DNA of 48,124 nucleotides, filler included, from Catajapyx aquilonaris (Eukaryota): assembly GCA_000934665.2 (NCBI GenBank). It is 2 parts of 2 records of this genome, joined end to end, with 100 filler letters (N's around TTAATTAATTAA, not from the genome) between each part and the next. Parts side by side here need not be neighbours in the genome. Positions count along the whole stretch, not along the records: positions 1 to 23,998 come from JYFJ02005589.1; positions 24,099 to 48,124 come from JYFJ02005590.1. One strand, given 5' to 3'. The position numbers were made by a program, and so were the translations under genes. A model generated the notes under the pieces. That model was given only the letters and a program-made list of their open reading frames with translations. It ran no database searches and was not told where the DNA came from. Positions 12,997 through 24,487 of this stretch are shown here, piece by piece; within the stretch, counting starts at the first letter, position 1; the number at the start of each line of letters is the position of its first letter.

Positions 12997-13249
12997 CTAT
13001 ACAGGAATGAATACATGAATGTCCTTTTAACTAGTTGGGACTAGTGCTTCACATCTGGATAAATAGAAATAAATATCCCTGATCATTGTTCAGTTCACTC
13101 TAAAAATAGTAAGGTCTGGTCACTACTCTCTTATCTCCTTTGGAGGTCCGAGTCGACGTCTGACAGGGTGGTTTACTGGAGTGGCCGCATGATAGCGCTT
13201 TGCCCGCTTTTCTTCAGAGGCTAGACCTGTGGCGATCCCATCGGACTCC

Positions 13250-13348
13250 TCTGAACTTACGTAGAAGAGGAGCTCCATGAGCGCTCACATAAGGGTAGTA
13301 TATTTACTATGTGAAGCTCATGGAGCTCCTCTTCTACGTAAGTTCAGA
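13250..13348. repeat. Hairpin with ~30-bp perfect outer stem
   Basis: TCTGAACTTACGTAGAAGAGGAGCTCCATGAGC ... GCTCATGGAGCTCCTCTTCTACGTAAGTTCAGA. Confidence 0.85.
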
Positions 13349-13803
13349 AATATCGTGATCTCTACTTTTTCTTCACTGAAAGCACTTCTACGTCTGCGCA
13401 GTGGGCTGCAAACGCACGGTGAGCAGGATTTTCGTGCTTAAATCCCGGTTTCACTAGCTGAATCCCGGCTTTTCCTCGGTTTTCCCGATCAATTTCTGAT
13501 TCCTGGCATATTCCCGGTTTTCCCTTTTGAGTGGCCACCCTGTGGGAGAATTGCTCCTTGATAAAGAATTTGATGCCAAAATTAAATTGAAGATGGGGAA
13601 GTTAACTTCAAAAATTTCTGATTTAAGAAGGAAACATAAAGAGGGCTCTAAGTTGAAGTGTAACATGAAGAGTAAGGAAATGGCTTGGCAGGTCTCAGAA
13701 GAAGGGGAAATACATGAAGTGATGGAAAAAAATTCTGATCATTTGTACAAAGGGCTTTCTTGCCCTATGTTGTGTGATAAGTGTAATGTGTGTATCCATA
13801 AGG

Positions 13804-14302
13804 CAGGGCTATTCAACTGGCGGACCGCGACAATATACAGGACAGTTTGAAATAGCATTATAAATTACTAATTCATGATTTTTTGGAAAGTGCTACCATT
13901 TCATCAAATACTATTGAAATCTCCCACATCTCACCTAAGCTCGTGTGACCTTGAACTCACAAAACATTTCGCCTGCGACAGGCTCGTTCCCCGCCCTTTA
14001 CGGCTTGTTCACCTTGTGCTTATGAATTGGGCCCCCTTCCGAAAAATTTCTGCCTATACGCGCCTGTACAGGACACCATAAAGGGCGAAAATGTCCTAAT
14101 ATTCCGTCTTGATAGGCCCTCCTACCCTTGCTGCACTGGTTTCTATTTTCGAATATGAACCCTGATGGTACCATATAAAATATATATGTTATTTACCCCC
14201 CCCCCCCCCCCCNCCCCCCCCCCGGGGGGGGGGGGGGCGGACCTTCAATGATCTAGGTAAGGTAAATACTGGACCATGTCATAAACGAGTTGAATGCCCC
14301 TG
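13804..14302. mobile_element. hAT-type MITE inserted just before the MULE SWIM finger
   Basis: CATAAGG|CAGGGCTATTCAACT ... AGTTGAATGCCCCTG|CATAAGG. Excision gives CIHKVSCTC. Confidence 0.8.
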
Positions 14303-16949
14303 CATAAGGTTTCATGCACCTGTTCTGATAATTTGGTTAACGGGAACCTGTGCAAGCACATACATTGTGTATTTGGCACTAAACCCCACACTGCCCCAAG
14401 CATTACAATAGATGACACTTTGCAAGAAGAGAGAGAATTTCATAAAGAAATTGTGCAAAAGAGGAAAGTGTTGGGCGAAATGGGTAATACTAGGGAATCA
14501 GTCAAAATAAAAGTAGATGACGTTTGCCAGGGGTTACTAGAAGATACAAGGAATTATCCAGTATCACATGAGTCAGTGGCAAAAAGTGTCACTGATCATG
14601 TGCAGGCAGCAAGAAAGTTGCTGTAAGTTGGAAGGACACCGATTTTTGACTTTCAGCAGAAGGGCATGGCAGCACCTAATGTTAATGTCCAAAAACAAAG
14701 ATTTTATTCAGTGAAAAAGAGGGGGGGGGGGGGAACCAAGNGGGGGGGGATCCAAGAAAGCGGAGGGTAAGGAGGAAACTGATTTTGAACCAATTTTGCT
14801 AGGCAAAAAATTATTGTGATCAATTCGGCGGAGCATAATTTGGATCATGCATACTGATATACTGATGTACTGGTACAGTAAATAAATATGATTTGTATGG
14901 AAAATGACCGGAAAAAAACTTCCGAGTTATAGAAGATTCGAGTTAGAGAAGTTTAGATTTTTTAAAGAACGTAAATCTATAAGGAAGCCTATACCTTTAC
15001 ATCCTGCGACAAAAGGTGTTCAAAACTTAAAAATAACTGTCACTATCTCACTTACAATGTTCCTCGTTGTTTTGTAAAAAAAAAAATCTCAGTTATGGAT
15101 GTTTGGCTACTCTTACGTTAGATTCAAGGATTCAATTGTCACAATCGAGTCAAACACTTCTTTCGGTGCGTCTGGTAGAAGGAGATCAGCAGGAAATTGA
15201 GCCTTTCTGTACACATGTGGCCTACTCTGGACCCTTCGGCTGGGAAATGAGAAAATTTTCCGTACTCGCCAACATGAACTTGGACTTAGGGAGACTGAAA
15301 ATGCATTGATATCCCATCGTAAGGCGACCCCCCTTTTATGATAGACAAGTAACCTGCGACCCCAACCCCCCTCGCCCCGAGTATTAATAGCGATGATCAA
15401 TGTATTGTAGACATATTAAAACATTTTAAAACGTTCATGGTACAATTTCCTATAAAATTTCTTGAGAGTAAAAATTACCGAGGCCACCGTGTGAACCCCC
15501 GGAAAACGCTTCTCGACCCCCAGGTTGGGAACCACTGCACCAAACTCTGCCACACCAGTTTTAGATTATTACTTTTGCCTGCTCTGTTGGCCCATCGGCC
15601 ATGACACTAGCAATAAGTTGAGCCTGGGTCACCCTTTCCTCTTCCCCGACATTTTAAAACTGGACTGAACAGTGAACTGAACTTGAAGGCAGGGCACCTA
15701 CGAATCATGAGTCACAATCTTCTTGACCCCCCTGCAAGCCATCTCTTCGTTTTCCAACAAGAAATAGTTCCCTTTCATCACCAATATCTTCAAGGCCATG
15801 GTCAGACAGCCTCAGTATTTTTTTGTTGAATTCCACATTCAGGGTGTCCCACGCAAGTCTGGAACCGTAGGTCATTGTTGTACTGTAGGATTGTATTGTT
15901 GGTTTCAAGTTTTGCCAACTCCAAATTTGCTAACTGTGCTCGCAACCTTTTCTGACTGTCAATAAAGTGCAAGTTGGCACAACTTGTTAGAAACCAACAA
16001 TACAATCCTATAATACAACAATTACCTATGGTTCCAGACTTGTGGGACACCCTGCAGAAACTTCCCCTAGCAACGTATACACAGCAGGGTGGCCACGAAA
16101 GTGCTCTAAATATGGAAATTGGTTCATCACTTGCTTTGTTGCCAAATATTCAGGGTTTTCAGACTTCTCCAGGGATCACCGAAAGGTAAGACAGGGTGTG
16201 AAAAATTTCAGCGCTCTCGATACCCGGGAAGTGGTTTAAATAGGCATGACATACAAACAAATATATGTACAAATTCTTTCGTTTATAATAATATGGATTC
16301 TCCAAAAACTTACCATTTTCAAAGCAAAAATTAATGAATTTCAAAATCAGGAAAAGTTCACACTTACTCTATATGATGTCACAAACAAGGGAAAAATAGG
16401 GGGACGTAACTATCATATCTAACCAAAAACGGACACGTAAAAAAACCGCCAAGTCCGCCACTCCGCCTAAAAAAGTTGTGAGATCATGGGTGGACACCAA
16501 GCCTCTTTGAGAGACTATAGATTAAGTCAAGTTACTTGGCTCACGATTGGAGACTATAGACTTACAACTCGTAGACTTGGCGCATGGTTCGAGACTATAG
16601 ACTAAGGTGAGCGACTTGGTTCACGAGGAATTATACCGGTACAAGGTGTTTCACAACTCGTGTGCAACCAGTGGATCACTTTACATAGAGCAGGTGAAGC
16701 GATTCACTAGTGCTCAGGAGTTCACACTAGAAGTTTTGGACGCGAGTTGAGAAACACCCTGTATGGTTTGAAGGGGGAATTTGTTACTACATGAGTATAC
16801 GGTAATTAAGGAATTGCAGTCTGGATATTACTGCAGTAAATGGAAGGCGTGTAACAGTCATTGGTTGATCAGAAACTACTAAATTTTATCATTAAGCCGT
16901 CTATTGCTCTTCATGCCCGGTGAACCAAGTGGCTCAACCTTAGTCTATA

Positions 16950-17504
16950 CAGGGTGCTCAAAAACTCGCGGAAAGTCGCCAGGTAGCCTGATAGGACTCG
17001 CAAAACTAATATAGGGATGTGGAAGTAGTTTTGGGCTAACTTGCATAGTTTTTGCGTACGACGCCTTCAAGATTTCGGCAGTTTCATGACGTCACATCCG
17101 CCTTGAGGCCCCCATTGCGTCATCATACATGTTGTCGTGGCTGTTGCCCTTGGCACTGATTATTGTTGCGAATATTGTCAACTGTGATTGTTGAGAAATA
17201 AACAACGATTTCATCTCAGTCGACACCTCAATTGCCAGACTGAAATCGTTGTTTATTTCTCAACAATCACAGTTGACAATATTCGCAACAATAATCAGTG
17301 CCAAGGGCAACAGCCACGACAACATGTATGATGACGCAATGGGGGCCTCAAGGCGGATGTGACGTCATGAAACTGCCGAAATCTTAAGGGCGTCGTACGC
17401 AAAAACTATGCAAGTTAGCCCAAAACTACTTCCACATTCCTATATTAGTTTTGCGAGTCCTATCAGGCTACCTGGCGACTTTCCGCGAGTTTTTGAGCAC
17501 CCTG
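16950..17504. mobile_element. 555-bp near-perfect palindromic Tc1/mariner-type MITE
   Basis: TA|CAGGGTGCTCAAAAACTCGCGG ... CCGCGAGTTTTTGAGCACCCTG|TA. Arms of ~264 bp with about 3 mismatches and a 27-nt loop. Confidence 0.92.
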
Positions 17505-17519
17505 TATAGTCTCGAACCG

Positions 17520-17762
17520 GGGAGGCGGAGTGGCGCTGCGGTAACGTATGCGCCCACGGACGTTAAGGTCCCAGGTTCGATCCCAGCCCGGGGACACCCC
17601 CCTCATCTCGTGCAGAGTTCATTGGGTCACCTCTGGCTTCGTCTCGGGTGGTATTTCCTACAGACTAAACCACCCAGGGGAGTTCACTAATAATGGCCAC
17701 ATAAAGACATTGCACTGCACCTTGCACATCCCCTCCTGTCATCCTGCCCGTGGGCCCGGGCG
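17520..17762 (+). mobile_element. tRNA-derived SINE (family B)
   Basis: A box TGGCGCTGCGG and B box GGTTCGATCCC. Second copy at 11160-11398. Confidence 0.8.
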
Positions 17763-17913
17763 CTACGTAAAATGGCTCAAATGTACTTGATAATGTCGGA
17801 GATGACCAAAACATAATAAAAACCATCCTTACGTCGCATATGATGAGAAAAAGGCATTAGAATTTTTTTCTTCCCACAATCCTAAATGTGTGCAGTACAG
17901 GGTTAAGGCTGTG

Positions 17914-18353
17914 GGTAATTGGGGAGTTTAGGTCGGCGCGAAATACAGCTCTGTCGTGATACTTACAGGAAAAACAAGTGTACAGGGACCTAGTACTGAC
18001 GCAGATGAGTGCGGCAATTGCAATTTCAACGCAAAAAAACCTGTAGAACAAGAGTTACAGGAATAATAACATTACGTGCTGGAAAAGGGGATGAGGGCTG
18101 TCCTAACCTTTTTCAAGTCCTACAGCCCGTTTCCCGCTCTTACGTGCTTACTTACTTACCAGGCGAAATCGGAACATGTATTGTAAGTACAGTACGTAAT
18201 GTTATTATTCCTGTAACTCTTGTTCTACACGGTTTTTTGCGCTGAAATTGCAATTGCCGCACTCCTCTGCGTCAGTACTCGGTCCCTGCTCACTATTTTT
18301 CCCTGTATCACGACAGAGCTGTATTTCGCGCCGACCTAAACTCCCTAATTACC
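17914..18353. mobile_element. Foldback MITE with ~165-bp arms
   Basis: GGTAATTGGGGAGTTTAGGTCGGCGCGAAATACAGCTCTGTCGTGATAC ... GTATCACGACAGAGCTGTATTTCGCGCCGACCTAAACTCCCTAATTACC. Confidence 0.8.
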
Positions 18354-18424
18354 TGGTTTTCATGCATTTATGTTGTGAACAAGTGGCATCCATGGGTCAC
18401 CTTGAATCGTCTTATTATACGCAC

Positions 18425-18584
18425 CCTCTAGGAAAGGCGTGTTGTGGAAGGCTCTGGTGCCCTGGCATCTCGTCAAATAGGCTGACATCCGTGGTTTAGC
18501 CCTGTGGTAGACCCTCCCGGACAGCATTCCTAGATCCCAGCGCGATCCCAGCAGGAAAGAAACCTGCCTCCAGGCCGACGCCAT
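18425..18584 (-). CDS. PDHX: Exon 1 of PDHX/E3-binding-protein-like (lipoyl-domain) gene; mitochondrial targeting presequence
   Basis: aagATGG start at 18584. Encodes MASAWRQVSFLLGSRWDLGMLSGRVYHRAKPRMSAYLTRCQGTRAFHNTPFLE (Arg-rich, acid-poor, R-x-F-H motif). Ends G/gtgcgt in phase 1, matching the phase-1 acceptor of the lipoyl exon at 2754 (joined: [18 protein letters not shown]). Confidence 0.75.
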
Positions 18585-19100
18585 CTTCGACTTACAATTC
18601 GGCAGAGAGCGGCAGAGCGGCCGCAGACTGGGCAGGCAGCAGACAGGGCAGGCAAGCAGGCCCCTGCACACGCCCCTGCAACTGGACTGTGAAGGGTCTC
18701 GATCACACTTGACGCGTCAAGTGGTCGTCTAAATCATGCCACACTTGGATACAACTTACGTAACTGATGGTTTAATCCAAGATGCATGAAGATGAAGGAG
18801 TACGGTGGCCTCACTTGGCCAGTTTTCTCTCTAGGACGTCGACGTAGGAGTGTGTGATTGTAGGGTAAGGCAGGTCCGGCCGCCAGAGGCGCTGCTGTAC
18901 TATCGGCCTTAATCGGCCTGCTGTCGGCAAGGCTAATCTGTCGGGGCGAGTGTCCGAAACGGACACCGTTTGGCTCAGGGTCGGAGGGTCGGTCGGTCGT
19001 GCAGCCGTGCGGCCACGGTCACACCATCTGGCTTGCGGTCGGACGGTCGCACGGTCATGTGATTGGCGTGGTTTCAGTCCGCAGCTGCTGGTATAATAGG
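18585..19100 (-). promoter_or_regulatory. GC-rich candidate promoter/5'UTR of the PDHX-like gene
   Basis: CpG-rich stretch upstream of the ATG. YY1-type AAGATGGCG overlaps the start codon. Perfect 18-bp palindrome at 18706-18723. Confidence 0.45.
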
Positions 19101-20159
19101 CCAAAGCAAGAGCTTGCCCAAAGTAACTTCACATTTTGGCCCGGACATTACAAAATGAGCCTAAGAATTTAATGCAGAACGACGCGACGGTGCAAAAGTG
19201 TATCAGGCTTGCAGGACCCGGATTGTCTACAGTTCACATGAACACAGTGGCAGTGTAACTGAGGAGGAACTTCACATTTCCCCAATATATTGCATTCAGA
19301 CAATTTGACCCTTTGACGGCGGAGTTTTTGGCAGGTTTTTGGGCAGTTAAAAAAATGTCCACAATTCGATGTAGGAGTCACTCGTCTATATTCCCGATAG
19401 CCGTAACTCATAACATTATGATTTTAACAAAGTGATATTTAGGATGTAGGGCAATCAGCACCGTTGCTAATTAGCTTATATATGCACATGCAAAACTTCA
19501 TTGTACATGATTGATAGGTCACGCAGGGTTGGAAATTTTTTTAAATACCGAAAATATATGAATTACCGCATATAGGCGATTTTCGAGCTCATATTCCGTG
19601 CACCGCCCAGCATGCGTTTGAAAATTCACCTCGGAACAATTATCGCTCACGCGTAAAGAATGGCTTATGCATTTCTGAATAGGGGATGATCCAAGGAAGG
19701 GGCCTTACGATGGGATATCAATGCACTTTCAGTCTCCCTAAGTCCAAGTTCATGTTGGCGAGTACGGAAAATTGTCTCATTTCCCAGCCGAAGGGTCGAG
19801 AGTAGGCCACATGCACAGAAAGGCTCAATTTCCTGATCTCCGTCTACCAGAAGTACCGAAAAAAGTGTTTGACTCGATTGTGACAATTGAATCCTTGAAT
19901 CTAAGAGTAATAGGCAAATGTCCATAAAGGACATTTTTTCACAACAAAACAACGAGGAACATTGTAAGTGTGATAGTGACAGTTATTTTTAAGTTTTGAA
20001 CACCTTTCGTGGCTGGATATAAAGGTAGGCTTCCTTATAGAGTTATGTGCTTTAAAAAAACAAAACTTCTCTAACTCGAATCTCCTATAAGTCTAAGTTT
20101 TTTCCCGGTCCCATGGAGATTCGACTTATAGAAGTTTATGTTTTACTTTTCAAAACCTG

Positions 20160-20335
20160 GACGGAAAAGTAACTTTCTAACTTTCGTTACAAAGTTACTG
20201 TTTAAAGGTAACTATAGTTACAAGTAGCCTACTAGTTACTTGTGCACAAAAGTAACGAAGTTACTGGGAAAAGTACTCAAAAAGTAACTAGTTACTAGTA
20301 ACGCGTTATTTCTACTCAGTTACTACCCAACTCTG
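20160..20335. mobile_element. hAT-type MITE end with AGTAAC/GTTACT arrays
   Basis: Dense AGTAAC/GTTACT motifs ending GTTACTACCCAACTCTG. Confidence 0.55.
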
Positions 20336-20405
20336 CTCTGCAACAGCAAGGAAAAATTCAGTCTATATCACTTACTGGCTGATTCCATTTCAATCCAGAC
20401 GGAGG

Positions 20406-23060
20406 GTGCCCAGTCATGGTCTTCGATTTTTTTTAAAAAAATATATATGTGAAACCCACATCCAATTGAACCCTTATGGAGCAATCAGTTTTACGAGATT
20501 AAATTTAGTTATCGAAATATTAATATTTCTTTCATGGGGTACCAAAATAACCTTCACGGGAAGTGCACTTTTTCCATTGCTTTCAATGAGTATATCTCGG
20601 GAACTGTTCTGAAAACCAACATGAAATATTTAAGCTCGTGCTTTTGGAATGACACTGTCATTTCATGCATAAATTTACTCTATTTAATGGTACAGTCACC
20701 TGCAAAATAATCACCAATCTTGCATATTTTGGTCAAAATGCGCATATTTCGCAATTTATTACGGCGTTATGGCAAACGTGACGGTTATGCCGATTATATT
20801 TTGTGACATACTCGGTGACCCCTAAAGGTTATGCAATAAAACCTTTGCTAGCTCCGCGTGTCGTTGAGATATGCGAGGTGAAAATATGGCAACAAGTGAA
20901 AACACGCATATTTCAAAAATTATTTTCTCAAAAACCCCATTTTTTATTTATTTTTTTATTTTTTATTTTACACGGACAGACAGGTTTTAAAACGAGGTAG
21001 TGTCAAAACCCGGTGCATATTTTTTCTAAGTGAGATACAATTTTTTTTCAGATGACAAATTTCGTCATTGTGCTACAATATAAAATCATATTTTCTCGGA
21101 GAAGCCATTTTAAATATTTAATCGTTATTTTTTGTATGACAAAGTAGCATGAGTTCTATTATAAAATGATATCACAATGGCGTAATTTACTGGTACAGTC
21201 ATCTTCAAAAAAATTCGTCAAAAGTGCTTGTTTTGTTGAAAATTCACTTAGTACGCAATTTATTATGGAGTTATTATTAAGGTTATACAAATGAAACCAA
21301 TTATGTACAACGTAGTTAAAGGGCATGTTGTAAGGACAAATAATATCATTAATATCTGCATTCAAAAAAAGAGATACACCTGGTCAAAGTATGGTCATAT
21401 GAGAAAACATGCCTGAAAGATACATTTTTTATTCAAAAATGCAATTTTTTTCTTTTCTTTTCTTTTGTGTAGATAATGACGCTCTTTGTCAAAAGAGATA
21501 TTACAAACCCGGGGCACATGCGTAGTAATTGAACGATATATATTTGAATGTTGCTCTGGGTTAAACCCACTTCATGACAAATGTGTAAATTGTCACAAGC
21601 TTTCTTTTTTTCACACTTTGGTGCAATCTTGGTAGAATCAGATACTGTGATGTTATTGCACATGAGCATGTTTTCCGTCGAGAGCTTACTGGGATCGGTT
21701 AATGACTGGACACGGGTCACATCCCTTGGGTCATCCCGCCAAACCCTTCCCGAGGCTGGCTGTGGTAGGGCGGGGTCGGCAAATTTTGTCAAAGGAAATC
21801 ACAAGGAGGTGCGAAAAGGGCTGGATTTGGGGACATTCTGGTCGAGGCTGAACAAGTCCCTTCAAACTATCTGCAATACACAAAGACAGTTCAGTCTGAG
21901 ATTGAAAGCGAAGTGGAGAAGTTCTTGTGCCAGTAATTAATACGAGGAAGTTTTGTTGGTGAACATGACATCTTTTGACAGAGAGCGTCATTATCTACAC
22001 AAAAGAAAAGAAAAGAAAAAAAATTGCATTTTTGAATAAAAAATGTATCTTTCAGGCATGTTTTCTCATATGACCATACTTTGACCAGGTGTATCTCTTC
22101 TTTGAATGCAGATATTAATGATATTATTTGTCCTTACAACATGCCCTTTAACTACGTTGTACATAATTGGTTTCATTTGTATAACCTTAATAATAACTCC
22201 ATAATAAATTGCGTACTAAGTGAATTTTCAACAAAACAAGCACTTTTGACGAATTTTTTTGAAGATGACTGTACCAGTAAATTACGCCATTGTGATATCA
22301 TTTTATAATAGAACTCATGCTACTTTGTCATACAAAAAATAACGATTAAATATTTAAAATGGCTTCTCCGAGAAAATATGATTTTATATTGTAGCACAAT
22401 GACGAAATTTGTCATCTGAAAAAAAATCGTATCTCACTTAGAAAAATATGCACCGGGTTTTGACACTACCTCGTTTTAAAACATGTCTGTCCGTGTAAAA
22501 TAAAAAATAAATAAATAAATAAAAAATGGGGTTTTTGAGAAAATAATTTTTGAAATATGCGTGTTTTCGCTTGTTGCCATATTTTCACCTCGCATATCTC
22601 AACGACACGCGGAGCTAGCAAAGGTTTTATTGCATAACCTTTAAGGGGTCACCGAGTATGTCACAAAATATAATCGGCATAACCGTCACGTTTGCCATAA
22701 CGCCGTAATAAATTGCGAAATATGCGCATTTTGACCAAAATATGCAAGATTGGTGATTATTTTGCAGGTGACTGTACCATTAAATAGAGTAAATTTATGC
22801 ATGAAATGACAGTGTCATTCCAAAAGCACGAGCTTAAATATTTCATGTTGGTTTTCAGAACAGTTCCCGAGATATACTCATTGAAAGCAATGGAAAAAGT
22901 GCACTTCCCGTGAAGGTTATTTTGGTACCCCATGAAAGAAATATTAATATTTCGATAACTAAATTTAATCTCGTAAAACTGATTGCTCCATAAGGGTTCA
23001 ATTGGATGTGGGTTTCACATATTTTTTTTTAAAAAAAAATCGAAGACCATGACTGGGCAC
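20406..23060. mobile_element. Foldback element with ~1.09-kb inverted arms and a 474-bp spacer
   Basis: 20406-21496 is the near-identical reverse complement of 21971-23060. Termini GTGCCCAGTCATGGTCTTCGA. Confidence 0.92.
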
Positions 23061-23998
23061 TAGGTCGGCTCGAAAAACACTTTTTTTCGAAAGTTGTAGT
23101 TCGCTAGTGAAAAAAAGTTGCGTTGGGTGATCCTTTTGACAGGTAAAAAATTTGAGTCATGTGGGTTAATATCCTACGTCTCCGCCAGGGGCTTTATGAC
23201 GCAACTTACGGGTTTTCATTTTTTGGTGTGCGAGTACACTTACCCGGCCTAAACATGAAACGTTGTGGCCCTTTGGGGGTGAAATGTCGTTATTTTTGCG
23301 ATATCTTGCACCGTTGACGAGATATTGACCAAAACCCCAGGTTCAAAAATTACACAGTTCTGCAAAAAAAAAACGCTCTCTTTCGCTCTTTTGAAAACCT
23401 TTATGTGCTTTTTATGGATTTTGGGGTGCTGAATCCGAATCCGGCAACAGATTTGCTCTATCACGTACTGTTTTTGAGATATATCGTTTTAAAACCTTGG
23501 ACGGTTTACTAGGGGTCTTTTCGAATCAAGTGGGCATAAATGTTGCTAGACCGCCTTGGATCTTGGTGAAAATAATCCCAGATGTACTAATCTATTCCTT
23601 AACGCTTCCTATAAAAATTCAGCCATATTGCTCAATACTATGATGAGGGGAAAAATCGCAAACATCTGGAAATGGCTGAGAATGGGGCCTTTTTTGGAGA
23701 TTTTTTTTTGATTAGTGCAAGTGGTCAAGCCCCAATGAACATATATATCAAAAGAAAGGGAAACACCAGGACAATGCGCCTGTGGAATTAGTATTCCTCT
23801 AAAATGTAAAAATAACTTTTTATAGCATTTCATTTGTCACTTGCTCAGTCACATGCCCAAGAATATATTGTGACCTCAACATGTTCTGCAGAAAAATCCT
23901 GTTTTGGATAAAAGTAGATGGACTATATAGATTAAGGTGTGCTGAATCCAGATCTGAAGTCAGAATGGCTCTATCACGTACATATTTTGAGAAAACGC

Positions 23999-24098
23999 NN
24001 NNNNNNNNNNNNNNNNNNNNNNNNNNNNNNNNNNNNNNNNNNTTAATTAATTAANNNNNNNNNNNNNNNNNNNNNNNNNNNNNNNNNNNNNNNNNNNN
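23999..24098. other. Assembly gap with central TTAATTAATTAA spacer
   Basis: 100-nt N block with TTAATTAATTAA at 24043-24054 (stop codons in all six frames). Confidence 0.95.
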
Positions 24099-24246
24099 CC
24101 GGTGAAAAACTACCCCTGGTGACACCCCTGGGGCATATGTGGAGGCCTCCGTATGGATTTGCATAGGTCACAGACAGACAGACAGATATAGGTCTTGAAA
24201 TATGTATTAGATTTATTGCATTTAGCAAATCTAAATTGATATTAGG

Positions 24247-24487
24247 ATTTAAATTAAGCGCACATATTCCTAACACTTGAGGAACATGAGCTTGTCACCT
24301 CCAAATGTAGATACCAACATTTATCATGTCACTTATTGCTTGATTATGCAAGTCAATCCATTATCACGATAATCTGATTGACTTGTATAATCTAGCAATA
24401 AGTGACATGATAAATGTTGATATCTATTTTTGGAGGTGACAAGCTCATGTTCCACAAGTGTTAGGAATATGTGTGCTTAATTTAAAT
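24247..24487. repeat. ~240-bp palindromic (hairpin) element
   Basis: ATTTAAATTAAGCGCACATATTCCTAACACTTG ... CAAGTGTTAGGAATATGTGTGCTTAATTTAAAT, centred near 24366. Confidence 0.85.

Larger units (their letters stand above)
12018..13542. mobile_element. Non-autonomous TIR element with 5-bp TSD (hAT5-like by inference)
   Basis: TGGGA|CAGGGTGGCCACTC ... GAGTGGCCACCCTG|TGGGA, with TTCCCGG subterminal repeats. Excision gives AVLGELLL in frame. Confidence 0.8.
9686..14850 (+). pseudogene. Mutator-like (MULE) transposase with SWIM finger; stops, frameshifts and three nested insertions
   Basis: Motifs GSCKLGYTCPA..H.GH, VLFYKGQG, LIDSTHGVTGYDFELTTL, FMSHDA, LLCSWHVDRAW, NTNMHLE, and the SWIM finger CTCSDNLVNGNLCKHIH. 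Removing each insertion restores the frame. Confidence 0.88.

Noticed and set aside
15705..16050. Possible coding remnant (LINE ORF1-like)
   Set aside because: Short broken frames without a motif I can identify confidently.
16505..16625. Spaced GAGACTATAGA repeats resembling a CRISPR array
   Set aside because: Only three degenerate units with related spacers, eukaryotic context and no cas genes; these are TE subterminal repeats.
17520..17600. tRNA-like sequences (also ~5540-5610 and ~11320-11398)
   Set aside because: They have A/B boxes but continue into shared non-tRNA bodies present in multiple copies, so they are SINE heads rather than tRNA genes.
18811..19104. 97-aa Arg/Pro-rich ORF
   Set aside because: Non-ATG start in GC-rich promoter-like DNA, with no recognisable domain.
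21159..22308. Identical 68/75-aa ORFs on opposite strands
   Set aside because: Mirror images created by the foldback arms; AT-rich, no ATG start, no motif.
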